The notes beneath the pieces were generated by a model. That model saw only the letters and a program-made list of their open reading frames with translations, did no database searches and was not told the DNA's origin. Below are positions 14,253-26,622 of a DNA stretch of 64,000 nucleotides, in pieces. The first letter of the stretch is position 1; each line of letters begins with the position of its first letter. The stretch is from the NCBI GenBank assembly GCA_964035545.1, contig OZ037772.1:3067538-3131537 (forward strand), given 5' to 3'. This DNA comes from Bugula neritina. Taxonomy: Eukaryota > Animalia > Bryozoa. The position numbers and the translations under genes were made by a program.

Positions 14253-15077
14253 ACTAGTAGTACTACTACTAGTACTAATAATCACAGTAGTAATAGTAAT
14301 AGTATTAGAGTAATACTAATACTAAAGTAATAGTAATACTACCACTAGTAGTAGCAGTAGTGCTAGTAGTAGTAGGCTACATGATGAAGATCATTATGAT
14401 TATGATTATGAAGATGGTTATTACTATAACTATTAGTATTACGGTATGAGTATAACTATAACTGTATTAGTATTTGATTTTATTTTGCATTGCTAATTGA
14501 AGACCATGCGTTAAAATTAACTGTTTCTCTCTTTTCTAAGTTACATTTCAAGTTGCACACTAATAGACATATATGCTTTCAATTTTTTTGGTCTATCTTT
14601 AAGTTGTGAAACTTGACCAGTATGACTACGACTAACTGTAACTAGAATAAAAAATTGGATGATAGAGAAGTTCCATACAGTTACACCTCCTTTGACTTGT
14701 GCTACCGTCGGTAGTGCTAAAAGAGTGGAGCCAAAGAAAAGCAAAATCACAGAATTCACAGCCTGCTGGTTTGAGATTTTTGTTGTCTGGAGATTGTATT
14801 GGGTTACAGAGATCTTTTTCCCGTCTGTGAATTTCTGATCCCTGCGGTTGTTTCTGACTGTGGGTAGTTGGAGGTGTTGAGGGAGTGGGCTCACTGGGTA
14901 GGTTATGTTATTGTAATCATATTAACCAACTTGACAGTTTACTAATTCATTGTCTAACTCTGTCTGTCTTAGTCTAGTAACACTATTTATTTATTTATTT
15001 ACTTATTAATTTATTTATTTGACTAAATCTTGTCTGTCTTTGTCTAGTAACACTATTTATTTATTTACTTATTAATT

Positions 15078-16345
15078 AAATTACTAGTTTATATTACCAA
15101 GTTATATTACTAGTTTATATTACCAAGTTATATTACTAGTTTATGTTACCAAGTTATATTACTAGTTATTGTTACCAAGTTATATTACTAGTTTATGTTA
15201 CCAAGTTATATTACTAGTTTATGTTACCAAGTTATATCACTAGTTTATGTTACCAAGTTAAATTACTAGTTTATTTTACCAAGTTATATTACCAAGTTAT
15301 ATTACCAATTTATATTACCAAGTTATGTTACTAGTTTATATTACCAAGTTATATTACTAGTTTATGTTACCAAGTTATATTAACAGTTTATGTTACCAAG
15401 TTATATTACTAATTAATGTTACCAAGTTATATTACTAGTTCATGTTACCAAGTTATATTACTAGTTTATGTTACCAAGTTATATTACTAGTTTATATTAC
15501 CAAGTTATATTACTAGTTTATATTACCAAGTTATATTACTAGTTTATATTACCAGGTTATATTACTAGTTTATGTTACCAAGTTATATTACTAGTTTATG
15601 TTACCAAGTTATATTACTAGTTTATATTACCAAGTTATATTACCAGTTTATGTTACCAAGTTATATTACCGGTTTATGTTAACAAGTTATATTACCAGTT
15701 TATGTTACCAAGTTATATTACTAGTTTATGTTACCAAGTTATATTACCAGTTTATGTTACCAAGTTATATTACTAGTTTATGTTACCAAGTTAAATTACT
15801 AGTTTATGTTACCAAATTAAATTACTAGTTTATATTACCAAGTTATATTACCAAGTTATATTACCAGTTTATATCACCAAGCTATATTACTAGTTTATAT
15901 TATCGTGTTATATTACTAGTTTATATTACCAAGTTATATTACCAGTTTATGTTACCAAGTTATATTACTAGTTTATGTTACCAAGTTGTATTACTAGTTT
16001 ATATTACCAAGTTATATTACTAGTTTATATTACCAAGTTATATTGCTAGTTCATGTTACCAAGTTAAATTACTAGTTTATGTTACCAAATTAAATTACTA
16101 GTTTATATTACCAAGTTATATTACTAGTTTATATTACCAAGTTATACTACCAAGTTATATTACTAGTTTATGTTACCAAGTTATATTACCAGTTTATGTT
16201 ACCAAGTTATATTACTAGTTGATGCTACCAAGTTGTATTACTAGTTTATATTACCAAGTTATACTACCAAGTTATATTACTAGTTTATGTTACGAAGTTA
16301 TATTAGTAGTTTATGTTACCAAGTTATATTACTAGTTTGTGTTAC
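15078..16345. repeat. 26-bp satellite (TTATATTACTAGTTTATGTTACCAAG)n built from two 13-bp subunits
   Basis: Tandem array of ~1.25 kb. Confidence 0.97.
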
Positions 16346-16689
16346 AGCATTTTTATTTGTAGAGATAAAATTTATCAAAAGAGTTTCATACACTTGTATA
16401 TACTTAGACTCGGACTGTGTTGGTGTGTGTGTGGGGGGACTTTGCTCAGACACTTGCAAGTACGAGCTGTCATGCACACTTTGCAGGACGTGTCAAGGTG
16501 GCAGGTGCTTCTATCCGTGTACTGACAACACAGCCTGTCCTAGTGATGGACAGATCTGTCACCATGGTGTCTGTAAAGAGGGCTGTCGGGTGACTAGTCG
16601 CTATGACTTATACTGCGAGTTATTGATGACTTTCATACTATGAGTTATGACTACCTATTATAATTTATACTGCGAGACCAAGTAGTTGC

Positions 16690-16870
16690 TGTAACTTATA
16701 TTGTGAGTCATGACTAACTGAAATCACTTATACTGTGAGTCATGAATAACTGAAATCACTTATACTGTGAGTCATGAATAACTGAAATCACTTATACTGT
16801 GAGTCATGACTAACTGATATCACTAATACTGTGAGTCATGACTAACTGATATCACTTATACTGCGAGTCA
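16690..16870. repeat. 32-bp tandem repeat (AACTGAAATCACTTATACTGTGAGTCATGACT)n
   Basis: Tandem array in an intron. Confidence 0.9.
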
Positions 16871-17123
16871 ATTATCAAAAATAGCAAAGAAGTAGAGATA
16901 TGTTGTGTATGTGAGATATGTGAGGTTATTTAGTGACTAGTTCGCTATTTATAGAGTTTTGTTTCTATTAATAGACTGTACTGAAGATGAACAATGTGGA
17001 TCTGAGTTTACTGAATGCATATCCAACATATGCTATCAGCTTTATCCTCTCAACAATTCAGATCTTTCTGATGCTGAGCAGGACAGACTCTTTGATGATC
17101 CGCTGGACATATAGAATGATGGT

Positions 17124-17368
17124 AAGTTACTCTGTTAGTACAGTTACTCTGTTAGTACAGTTACTCTGTTAGTATAGTTACTCTGTTAGTATAGTTACTC
17201 TGTTAGTATAGTTACTCTGTTAGTACAGTTACTCTGTTAGTACAGTTACTCTGTTAGTATAGTTACTCTGTTAGTATAGTTACTCTGTTAGTATAGTTAC
17301 TCTGTTAGTATAGTTACTCTGTTAGTATAGTTACTCTGTTAGCTTAATTACTCTGTTAGTATAGTTAC
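17124..17368. repeat. 17-bp minisatellite (AGTTACTCTGTTAGTAY)n beginning at the splice donor
   Basis: Tandem array. Confidence 0.95.
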
Positions 17369-17609
17369 AGTAGCAGTTTGCTAGTCATAATAACTTGCAC
17401 TGTTAGCTGCTTAACTAGTTATTCTACATCTCTTGTAGCCACAACCAAAGTGGTGTCTATATATCCTGCTAGTGACTTGAGTAATGACTCATATGTCTCC
17501 TACAGTACGAGTGGTCAGCTTGCGGCAGTGTTGGAAGAGAGTGGAGACAACTTGGATCAGAGGTATAGGTATTGCTTAGTATAAGTTATACCATTACCAT
17601 ATATAAGCA

Positions 17610-17735
17610 GAGTGACAGATGAACTGACTGACTGACGGACAAACTGACTGACTGACTGACTGACGGACTGACTGACTGACTGACGGACTGGCTGACTGAC
17701 TGACTGACTGGACAAACAGACAGATAAACAGATAG
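17610..17735. repeat. (ACTG)n / (ACAG)n microsatellite
   Basis: Directly visible. Confidence 0.9.
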
Positions 17736-19158
17736 GTAAATATTGATCACATATATAGCGAAGCTACCAACTGAGACCCAGACTGTGTTTTGATTTAGCA
17801 TATACTGGTATATGATATCTTTCTAAAAATGTGTTTACAGTTTACTCTACAAAGTATAGTTCCATCAGATGGACTCACTCTACTCATGTGTAAGACTCAT
17901 CAAGAATGTTTACCCAATCAGATCTGTGTTAACGAGGTGTGCACACTGACATGTAAAAGTGACTCTGAGTGTACATTCAACCAGGTTAGATACTGCATAC
18001 ATGTCTCTATCCTAGCAGCTAATTGTACGACCATATATGGAAGTGTTCAATTCTATGTCTATATATGGGAGTATTTATCTCTGTGGCCATATATGGTAGC
18101 GAATGTCCTTGTGCATGTCCGTATTTGGCAATATGTATATCCGTGACCATATATGGTATGAACATATTTTATGGCAAACTGTTTCTATGATGCATGTAGC
18201 TGTATACGTTTTTATGACCATATTATATAACAGCAATGTGAATAACAGTTGATGAATGTATGCATTTCTATGACCATATATAGCTGTATATTTCTTCATG
18301 ACTGTATTTAGTAGTAAACTATCTCTATGTTCAGGATATAATATCTATTAAGCAAACTTTCTATTACACATCAGGTCTACTCTGACAGTAGCCTGTATAC
18401 ATATAGATATCATTTACTGACTGGATGTTTTTCCTAACATCGCTCATAGCCTTTTTCGTGGCTCAAACCTATTATTTCGTGTTTACTAGGCAAACCCTCG
18501 AAAACCCCTAGACTATGTCTGCCACATGTTATTTATTTATGTGGGTGTCAGTGTGAAGTTCCGGTTTGTAGGAGATCCTGGTTTAATTGGACCACAGGGA
18601 CCCAGCGGACGAGACGGAGAAAATGGAGCTCCTGGTTTACAGGTATTTCACAAACTATTCTGAAACTCATACTTTTATTGTTCATTGTCTATGTATTCTC
18701 CACCATGTTTTTACTAGAAGTAAACTTTAATTCAGTAATAAGTTCAAATAAATTATTGTTTCGCATTGTACAGTTTATTATTGCCTGAATATTGTTATGA
18801 GCGACATGATTGGCTTAACAATACCAAAGCAGCCATGTGATTAGCTACTCTGTTCTGTTCTGCAGGGCTTCAGAGGAGACGAGGGGAAACGGGATTGCCC
18901 TGTGCTGTAGGAGATGCTGGAAAACCCGGACCTCAATGTCCAATGGGAGAGAGCCGGTCGACTGGGCTCAAGAGATTCCTCGGACCAGTTGGTGCTCCTG
19001 GTTATCCTGACCTGCAAGAACCGAGGTTAGTGAATAGTATCTTTGTGGGGCTCACTGCTTGTGTGGAAGTTGTCTCCTCTGAAATATTTGGAAGTGTAGC
19101 TTGAGTTCCTTGCCTTGTGTTATCAGTTAGCCACGCCTAGGTGTTTCACAGTTTATTA

Positions 19159-19668
19159 CAGGGTTGGGGTAATTGTAATTTGTAATTGGTCGTATTTAAT
19201 TACATTTTTCCAAGTAATTGAATGTAATTTGTGATTGATGTATAAAAATGTAATTGTAATTGTAATTAATTACTTATCTAATGTAATTGATTTTTGCAAT
19301 AACTTTAAAATTACATCTCAATTACTTCAACCTTTTAAATCTTAAGAAATTCATTCTTTTTAACATGCCTACTGTTAAATAACAAATTCAGGTTAAGTCA
19401 ATGTAGTATAGTATCAGTGTTGAGAACAAAGGAGGTTCACCACTGTCAAAATTGCCCCTGCTAGTTGGACCCTAGAAGTGAAAATGCATAACTTCTATTT
19501 GTCCTTTGTGAGAACAAAAGTAATTGTAATTGTAATTAATTGCTTTACAATGTAATTTTGTAATGTAATTAATTACATTTATTTCAACTGTAATTATAAT
19601 TGTAATTTACAAATTCTCATGTAATTGTAATTAATTACATTCACATGTAATTGACCCCAACAACCCTG
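19159..19668 (-). mobile_element. hAT-type MITE copy 3 (510 bp, no nested insert, opposite orientation)
   Basis: Same TIR family; 8-bp TSD GTTTATTA at 19151-19158 and 19669-19676. Confidence 0.95.
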
Positions 19669-20744
19669 GTTTATTATGGAGCTCCTACTTATATTGTTCA
19701 AGGTCTAGATGTATTCTCCACCATGTTTTTGATAGAAGTAAACTTTAATTCGGTAATAAGTTTAAAATAAATTGTTTTTCATATTTTGCTGTTTATTATT
19801 GCCTGAGTATTGTAATGAGAATATTGGCTTCACAATGTCAGTGCAGCGATGTGATTGGTTTGACAATATCAATGCAGCGATGTGATTGGTTTGACAGTAT
19901 CAGAGTAGTGATGTGATTGGCTACTCTGTTCTGTTTTGCAGGGCCATGCCTGCTTGTATTATGTGGTAATCTTGTTTTGCAGTGAACAGAAAAGGAGAAT
20001 GGGTCCCAAAAGACACCCGGGATCTTACCATGGAGAGGAAGGGTTCACCCGATGTTGATGGCCTGCCTGGTATATCCGGCAATCCTGGACATGCAGGAGA
20101 AAGGAGACCACCTTGTTTCCCAGGAGATACCGGACTTTTTGGAGAACCAGGTGATGTTTACGCTCAATTGAGTTCAATCTGTCAAGTTATGTTGGGATCT
20201 TTTTCGTTTTCATTATTTTATGTTTGTTACGTGGAAAAAGGAAAAAACTCTGTCTTGGAGCATTTTGGTTTTTTCAGAGAGCTTTGGATTATTTGATTAT
20301 GGTCTACACAGGGGTGTAGACAGACTAAACTAGACAGGCGTGTAGACAGAATAAAATACACAGGGCTGTAAACAGACTAAACTACACTGGGGTGTAGACA
20401 GACTAGACTAACCAGTGGTCTAGATGGACTAAACCTACTACCAACTTACAATTACCTTGCGTCATGACGTCTCTATTCTCTCCTATTATTTGACTTTTAT
20501 CTAGCGAGCAGATTTCTAGTAGTCTATAGTGACCAGTCACACTGTTTATTATAGCAACATAGAAATCAAGTTATAAACTAGTTGCACTTGTTGTGATGCT
20601 ATCACTGGGTGCTTATAGGTAGAGATGGAGTACCTGGACCTGTTGAGATAGGATATCAGGGTAAACAAGGAGATCAAGGTCCTGCAGGTGAGAATGAGGA
20701 GTTACTCACCCTTGCTTGTGTATTTCTGTTCTTTTTAGGTATTC

Positions 20745-20983
20745 TATAATATGCTGGGGTTTCCCTCACAGCTATTATATATGCTGGAATTCCCCTCACA
20801 CCTATGATATATGCCGGGGTTTCCCTCACAGCTATGCTATATGCTGGGGTTTCCCTCACAGCTATTATATATGCTGGAATTCCCCTCACACCTATGCTAT
20901 ATGCTGGGGTTTCCCTCACAGATATTCTATATGCTGGGGTTTCCCTCACAGATATGCTATATGCTGGGGTTCTCCTCACAGCT
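20745..20983. repeat. 30-bp minisatellite (ATGCTGGGGTTTCCCTCACAGCTATGCTAT)n, ~8 copies
   Basis: Tandem array; overlapping ORFs are repeat artefacts. Confidence 0.95.
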
Positions 20984-23900
20984 AGTCTGCACTAAGGCAG
21001 GGAGTAGGCTAAGTAATCATATTAAATCCCAGCAGTGCTTGTTACTTCAACTGGCAGGATTACTGTGTATGATAGTTACTCTGACTGGTTTTCATGGATC
21101 ATTTTTACCATATTGTTTGCCACATGATGCATTGTCTTAGTAAAAACAAGAAAACAAAGAAATATACCAGAAATGTTGAGAAATGTGGTGTTCCAGAATT
21201 AATAAATGACCACTTGTAATGCATACTGGTGCTGCTTGGTTCATAGGACCTGTGGAACAAGCTGGAGAACCTGGTCTGGATGTTAGAAATGGAAAGACAG
21301 GAGAAACTGCACAAACTGGTATGCCTGGTCCAACCGGCTCAAGGGGGGTCACTGGAGAACCCGGATCTGATGGAAGGTATTTTTTGTGCTTTACTCTACC
21401 CTATTCAGCTTCTTGGAACTTTTTATTTGATTTAGTTTTTATAATTTGTTGTCAATTTTTTCAGAGACGGTTTACCTGGAGTACTGCGTGCTGATGGTAG
21501 ACCTGGGGAGCAGGGTGATCAAGGAGACAAGGGTGATAAGGCAGGAACATTCTTTATTCAGTTTTCTATTTATTTCAGTTCTCTGGTTTTCCACTAGTCA
21601 ATCCTGTAGTTGTTTATTTGTTTTAGTTTATTTATGTTAATACTAAAGTTGCTTCAGTGACATCACATGATGTAATATATTACACAACAGTACAGTATAA
21701 TACACCATAATATAATATGTTATACAATACAATAATATTACAGAAAATATAATTTACTAAAATCTCACAGCTAAGGCGTGTCTCCTAAATATATTCATTA
21801 CTATAGGGGCCAGCTGGGCCACAGGGTGCTTCTGGACCAACTGGATTGTCTGGGCCAACTGGTCCTCAGGGACCCCACGGAGCTTCCGGGAATTCCCGGC
21901 GAACAAGGACCTAAAGGTATGAATTAAGTTGAACCTATCTTTGTCCTTAGTTATTGGCCATCAACAGAATCTTGACTCTAAGAGTTATCCTTCTTGGTAA
22001 GAAGGTAAGGCAACTCCTAACTCATGATAATATGAATATCATCTGTAAGACCCACTGGTTTCCAGGGACCGCAGGGATTCCCCGGAGCTCCCGGTATTGA
22101 TGGTGAAAGGGGAGATGTCGGACCAGTGGGTATTGCTGGACCACCTGGGCTACGGGGTGCAGACGGCAAACAAGGAATTATTGGTTCTCCTGGTGCTGTG
22201 GGTGCTATGGGACCACCTGGACCTGATGGTGCTAAGGTAAACACTTACACTGCTAACAGGTTATTGTCACTCATCTTGTTAGTTTAGTGGTAATAAACCA
22301 ATAGTCTGTATTTCTAGGGTGAACAAGGGAGAGATGGGGAAATGGGTAGTCCTGGCAGACCTGGACCTCCTGGACTTCCTGGTGAAGCCCCATTATTTGG
22401 TTAGTTATTAGCAAAACCAAGTTATTGTCCATTACTTGTATCTTTTTCATTCTCTTTCAACTGTGTTTTGGTAATATTTTGGGAATTTCATCCATAGCTT
22501 GTGATTGAAGCTTTGATTTTATTCTACCACGGGTTATGTTAGGTGCGCCCCCTATGATGATGAGCCAATGATGTCCAACTGTAAAGGTGTACAAGCTGAT
22601 GATGCAGGCGCCAACAATGAGCTCTATAATATGTACCTCAGTGAGTAATGGCCATGACGTGCTTTGATGTTGCCTGCTTTGTAGCAGAAAGGCTCTTTTA
22701 AATGCTGTTTTGGAACTCAAATGACGGACCTGTTTCAAATTGTTTGTATGTTCAATTTGCAGACAAACAATTTTATAATTTACTGCTAGAAACTATTGTA
22801 ATAAAAATATAGACAGCTGTTGTAATGTGTTTCTCCTCCTAGCATTGATGATTGACATTCTTGTTTGATGAGTCGCTTATTTAGTTCGCTTCTTCAGTCA
22901 AATGTTGCTACATTCTGACATATCATATAATGTTGGTTTTATTGCTGTTAGCTTACATAACTACTTCTACCTTATTTCTCTAGAAACAAAAGTAAGGGAT
23001 GGGTCCAAAGACAGCCCTGTTAGAGACTGTAGAGAACTCTTTACTGAAAACCCAGAGTTCAAGAGTGAAACTTATTGGGTGAGAGAAGATGCTGATATGT
23101 TTCTATTTTCTCTGCTGTATGGATTGTAGTTTGAGTATCTGGCAGAGTTTTCCTAACTCAACTTTCTTCAAATTCACTCTGAGAGAGCAAACCCAGACTG
23201 ACAGGCAATAGTCACTGCCAACAGTTTATCAAATAGTCACTAGTTGCTAGTCACCAGATACTAGTCCTCTACTATGTTGCTAGTCACTTGATAATCTGAA
23301 CAATCACAGGCCTTTTTAAAGCTGAGCAAGTTGTTGGCATGACTATTCCATTTGCTGATTGTAGATGTATAAACTCAGTGGCAGTAGAAGACGCATATGG
23401 TAGGAAGAATAAGTCAGTCATTTTATATACAGCTGGTGATAAAGAATACACAGCAACAGATAGCAGGTTCCAATATTCTGTGCTGCAGGATGATTGCAAG
23501 GTATGTAAATCTGACCTATATACTGCAAATCTGACCTATAAAGTGTAAATCTAATTTATATGGTGTAATTTCGATCTGCACTTGAACATGATTGCGATAG
23601 TTGCATCTTTTTTCTGTTAATATGCAATATAGCTTGCCTTTGAGTCTTTTTAATAACTACTTATGACTTCAACCCAAAAGCCACTTTGAGTGCTGTACGA
23701 GTTTAGAGTTTTGAGTTTGCCCTCTGCCATTTTGTAGTATGCCAAATCATCAGAAGCTCAGACAGAGATTGACACCAAGACCGCCACCCACTTGCCTATT
23801 ATTGACATTGCTCCTGGTGACATCGGGACCACCCACAAAGAGTTTGGGGTTCAGCTAGGGAGGGTGTTATGCCCCTCCCTGTGACTTTATATATTTAGAA

Positions 23901-24182
23901 ACTGTTGTTAATTTAGTAATTCTGTTGGTGCATTTAACAGACGCTAGTTAGACATTCCAGCATAGCAATACATAAATAATGTAAATTTCATAACAAAATC
24001 ACTCAGCCATACGCAACTATCTGATGCGCGTAGCTTGCACTACGTGAAACAATATTGTAGTCAATAAAATGAATATATAAGTTTATTATTATATCCGAAC
24101 TTGTATCAGTACCAAATATAAATACTCTACTTTTCAAAATATTGAGTCCTTTTGATTAATTTTTTAATCGTAGAAACTAAAC

Positions 24183-24193
24183 ATATATATATA

Positions 24194-24252
<59 letters not shown>
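24183..24252. repeat. (TA)n microsatellite
   Basis: Directly visible. Confidence 0.95.
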
Positions 24253-24256
<4 letters not shown>

Positions 24257-24412
24257 TTATCCTTATGCAGCCCAGAGAGAAACTCAGTCATCATGAACTT
24301 CAATGTAAATAATTTTAATATAAAATAATACATATTATGATATAATATAATATTATATTACTCTTTCGGGATAATTATTCTATTTATACTAACACCTGTT
24401 TATTTGAAGTAC

Positions 24413-24952
24413 TGTAGTGAGTAGTGCAAGTACAAATACAGGAATCGCCCTCTCCCTACTCTTGGAATACTTAGACTCTTATGTAGCAACCAATTAGCAG
24501 CTCCGGAAGATATGCTTCCGAGTCACGTGACATTTCCCGGGTTATTAACATTATATCACGTTGTTGTAAGCGGAGGCTTGTAGTAGTAACATGTGTTAGT
24601 AGTGGACTCTTGTATAGAATAATTGATGTGATGTTTGGTTTAAGCCCTGGCCACACGATCGTGAGAATCACACGAAATCGTCTATTTGACACGAAAAAAC
24701 ATTCGTACGAGAAAATTTGAAGGAATTCAAACGAAATCGTCATCGTTGGGTGTGCACAACGATGACGATGGACGAAAAATCACAATCGACGATAAGTACC
24801 ATTTGATTGGTCAATAGACTTTTAGCAACAGTGATTATTTCATTTCTACTAAGTTTCTCTATTTGGCAATGTTCTGCTGCTTGTATCTCGTGCAAGACTC
24901 ATTCACGGACTAATAAAAATGACTTGTTGCCATCAAAGTGGTATATATTAAG

Positions 24953-25032
<80 letters not shown>

Positions 25033-25636
25033 GCACGCCAAATAATTACTACAAATTTCAAAAATAGCATAAATTAAGTAGTATTACTATGCCTATTTGT
25101 ATCCAATTTACTAGTCTTACATTTATAGCAACTGTAAAGTATTTTGCGTAAAATAGCTATTGCAAGCATTATTCAATTCATATCCACATGGTAATCACAG
25201 CGAAGCTTAAACTTTATAGCTTTGTATTTACGTGCATGAGTGAGTTTTAATTTTTTTTTAATTTTATATGCATAAAAATGTTTTTAAAAACTTTACCAAT
25301 AAACAAAACTAAAAAAATGTACACATAAAATACCAAAAAAATAACAAAAATGGCAAAATTTTTCCTTTATAACTTATATAAACTTGCGGTACCAATCTCG
25401 GCATAATGACTTTTCGTTTAAACGATCATGTGGCTGGTCAATACGAAAAGATAACTCACGAATAATCGTCACACGAGTTTCGTGTCATTCTCACGATCGT
25501 GTGGCCAGGGCTTTATGCTTTATTGTGAATAATAAATACACTTACTCGACAGCTACCTTAGTAATTGATAACAGAATAACCAGCTAACTATACGCAAGTA
25601 AATAACTCACGCTCAGTAATTGCGCAAATTACTACA
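24413..25636 (+). repeat. 5' LTR (351 bp plus Harbinger MITE)
   Basis: Matches the 3' LTR except one substitution (tgtataGAat vs tgtataGGat) and the MITE; contains CCAAT, CCGGAAG, GTCACGTGAC (24522-24531) and AATAAA. Confidence 0.96.
24643..25512. mobile_element. PIF/Harbinger-type MITE (870 bp) inserted in the 5' LTR; contains (TA)n at 24955-25028
   Basis: 26-bp perfect TIR AGCCCTGGCCACACGATCGTGAGAAT; 3-bp TSD TTA; the empty site is present in the 3' LTR. Confidence 0.95.
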
Positions 25637-25637
25637 G

Positions 25638-25655
25638 TGGTGGCAGCGGTGGGAT
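25638..25655 (+). promoter_or_regulatory. Primer-binding site complementary to the tRNA-Leu 3' end
   Basis: TGGTGGCAGCGGTGGGAT lies 1 nt after the LTR and is complementary to ...ATCCCACCGCTGCCA-CCA of eukaryotic tRNA-Leu. Confidence 0.88.
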
Positions 25656-25671
25656 CTTGCGTATAGCAGCC

Positions 25672-26622
25672 ATGGCAGAAGACGGCACGGAGCTACCCAT
25701 TCCACTGAATGAAGGTGAGAGAGATAATGTTGATATACCTGTGGAACCAGTGGTGTTAGATGAAGAAGTGAGAATTCTTAGAGAGCATGGTGAAGATAGA
25801 TACCGGCTGAAGGCGCCCAACTTCACTGGCGAAGAAGCAGTGGAGCAGTTCATCCAAGAATTCCAGGATGTGATGGAGATTGCAGAATGGCCGCCAAGGG
25901 TGGCGTTGCTAAAGCTCAGGATGGCGTTGACGGGCAAAGCTAAGCCGTACGGAGCTGGACCTGACATAGACGGAATCTTTGCTTCCCTGCGGGCCCGTTT
26001 TGGCATCTCTCCCATAGATGCGCGGGCCCGTCTACAGAGGATGCGGCGTGATCCTCACACGTCACTAGAAGAGCACGCTGCCACGGTGTACCCATTAGCG
26101 CAGATTGCATTCCGCGATCTGCCTCCGGTACACCGTGAGAGGTATACCTATGATGCCTTCGTGCAGTCCATCAACGACTTGGGGCTCCACCATCAACTCC
26201 AAGCGAGGGGAGTCACCACAGTCGAAGATGCACTTGCGGTGGGAGAAGCCTATCTCTTGGCGACTCATATGCACCGCAACCGCGTGGCCTCCCGCCAGGT
26301 GACCACGGAGCACTCTACTGCTCACACCGAATTAAATGCGGAACCCCCCGCGGTGGCTAGTGTGAACCAGATGTCACTAGCGTCAAAAATCTCACAGATG
26401 TCTGACATGCTAGATAAACTGGTCACCACATTAGCCTCCCCAAGCCAGGTAGATACTGCCCGTGAGCCTTGCGGGCCGCAGGTACAATCACCAGGCATGG
26501 GGCACCATTTCTGCTGGGAATGCGGAAGGCCAGGACATTTCCAGAGAAACTGCCCTCAACTCCCACCAGGGTTAAACTACCCCGGCCCGCAGATGTTCCC
26601 ACCTCCTGCGGGCCGTCTGTGA
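25672..26622 (+). CDS. gag: Gag (capsid-like region plus CCHC zinc knuckle)
   Basis: ATG at 25672; KAPNFTGEEAVEQFIQEF..W capsid-like motif; CWECGRPGHFQRNC knuckle; ORF uninterrupted. Confidence 0.93.
   Translation: MAEDGTELPIPLNEGERDNVDIPVEPVVLDEEVRILREHGEDRYRLKAPNFTGEEAVEQFIQEFQDVMEIAEWPPRVALLKLRMALTGKAKPYGAGPDIDGIFASLRARFGISPIDARARLQRMRRDPHTSLEEHAATVYPLAQIAFRDLPPVHRERYTYDAFVQSINDLGLHHQLQARGVTTVEDALAVGEAYLLATHMHRNRVASRQVTTEHSTAHTELNAEPPAVASVNQMSLASKISQMSDMLDKLVTTLASPSQVDTAREPCGPQVQSPGMGHHFCWECGRPGHFQRNCPQLPPGLNYPGPQMFPPPAGRL
26571..26615 (+). promoter_or_regulatory. Putative -1 ribosomal frameshift signal
   Basis: G_TTA_AAC in the gag frame, 5-nt spacer, then a perfect 10-bp stem CGGCCCGCAG/CTGCGGGCCG; the -1 frame is the pol ORF. 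Confidence 0.8.

Larger units (their letters stand above)
16408..23884 (+). pseudogene. Collagen pseudogene with COLFI C-propeptide. Cys-rich/linker exons 16408-16589, 16975-17121, 17439-17568, 17841-17984; Gly-X-Y exons 18571-18642, 18866-19025, 19983-20150, 20619-20687, 21247-21376, 21465-21540, 21807-21916, ~22049-22236, 22318-22399; COLFI exons 22984-23078, 23365-23500, 23738-23884
   Basis: Gly-X-Y exons are splice-bounded. COLFI motifs DGSKDSPVRDCREL..YW, CINSVA..LQDDCK and LPIIDIAPGDIG..FGVQLG are present. Disablements: TAG at 17112, frameshifts at ~18886 and ~21889, many Gly>Cys/Arg/Asp/Glu substitutions, acceptor AG>AA at ~22048, middle COLFI exon(s) absent (phase 0 to phase 2 clash). 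Confidence 0.88.

Noticed and set aside
22457-22738. Possible LINE 3' remnant (SSKTAFKRAF)
   Set aside because: Too short and no RT motif to support it.
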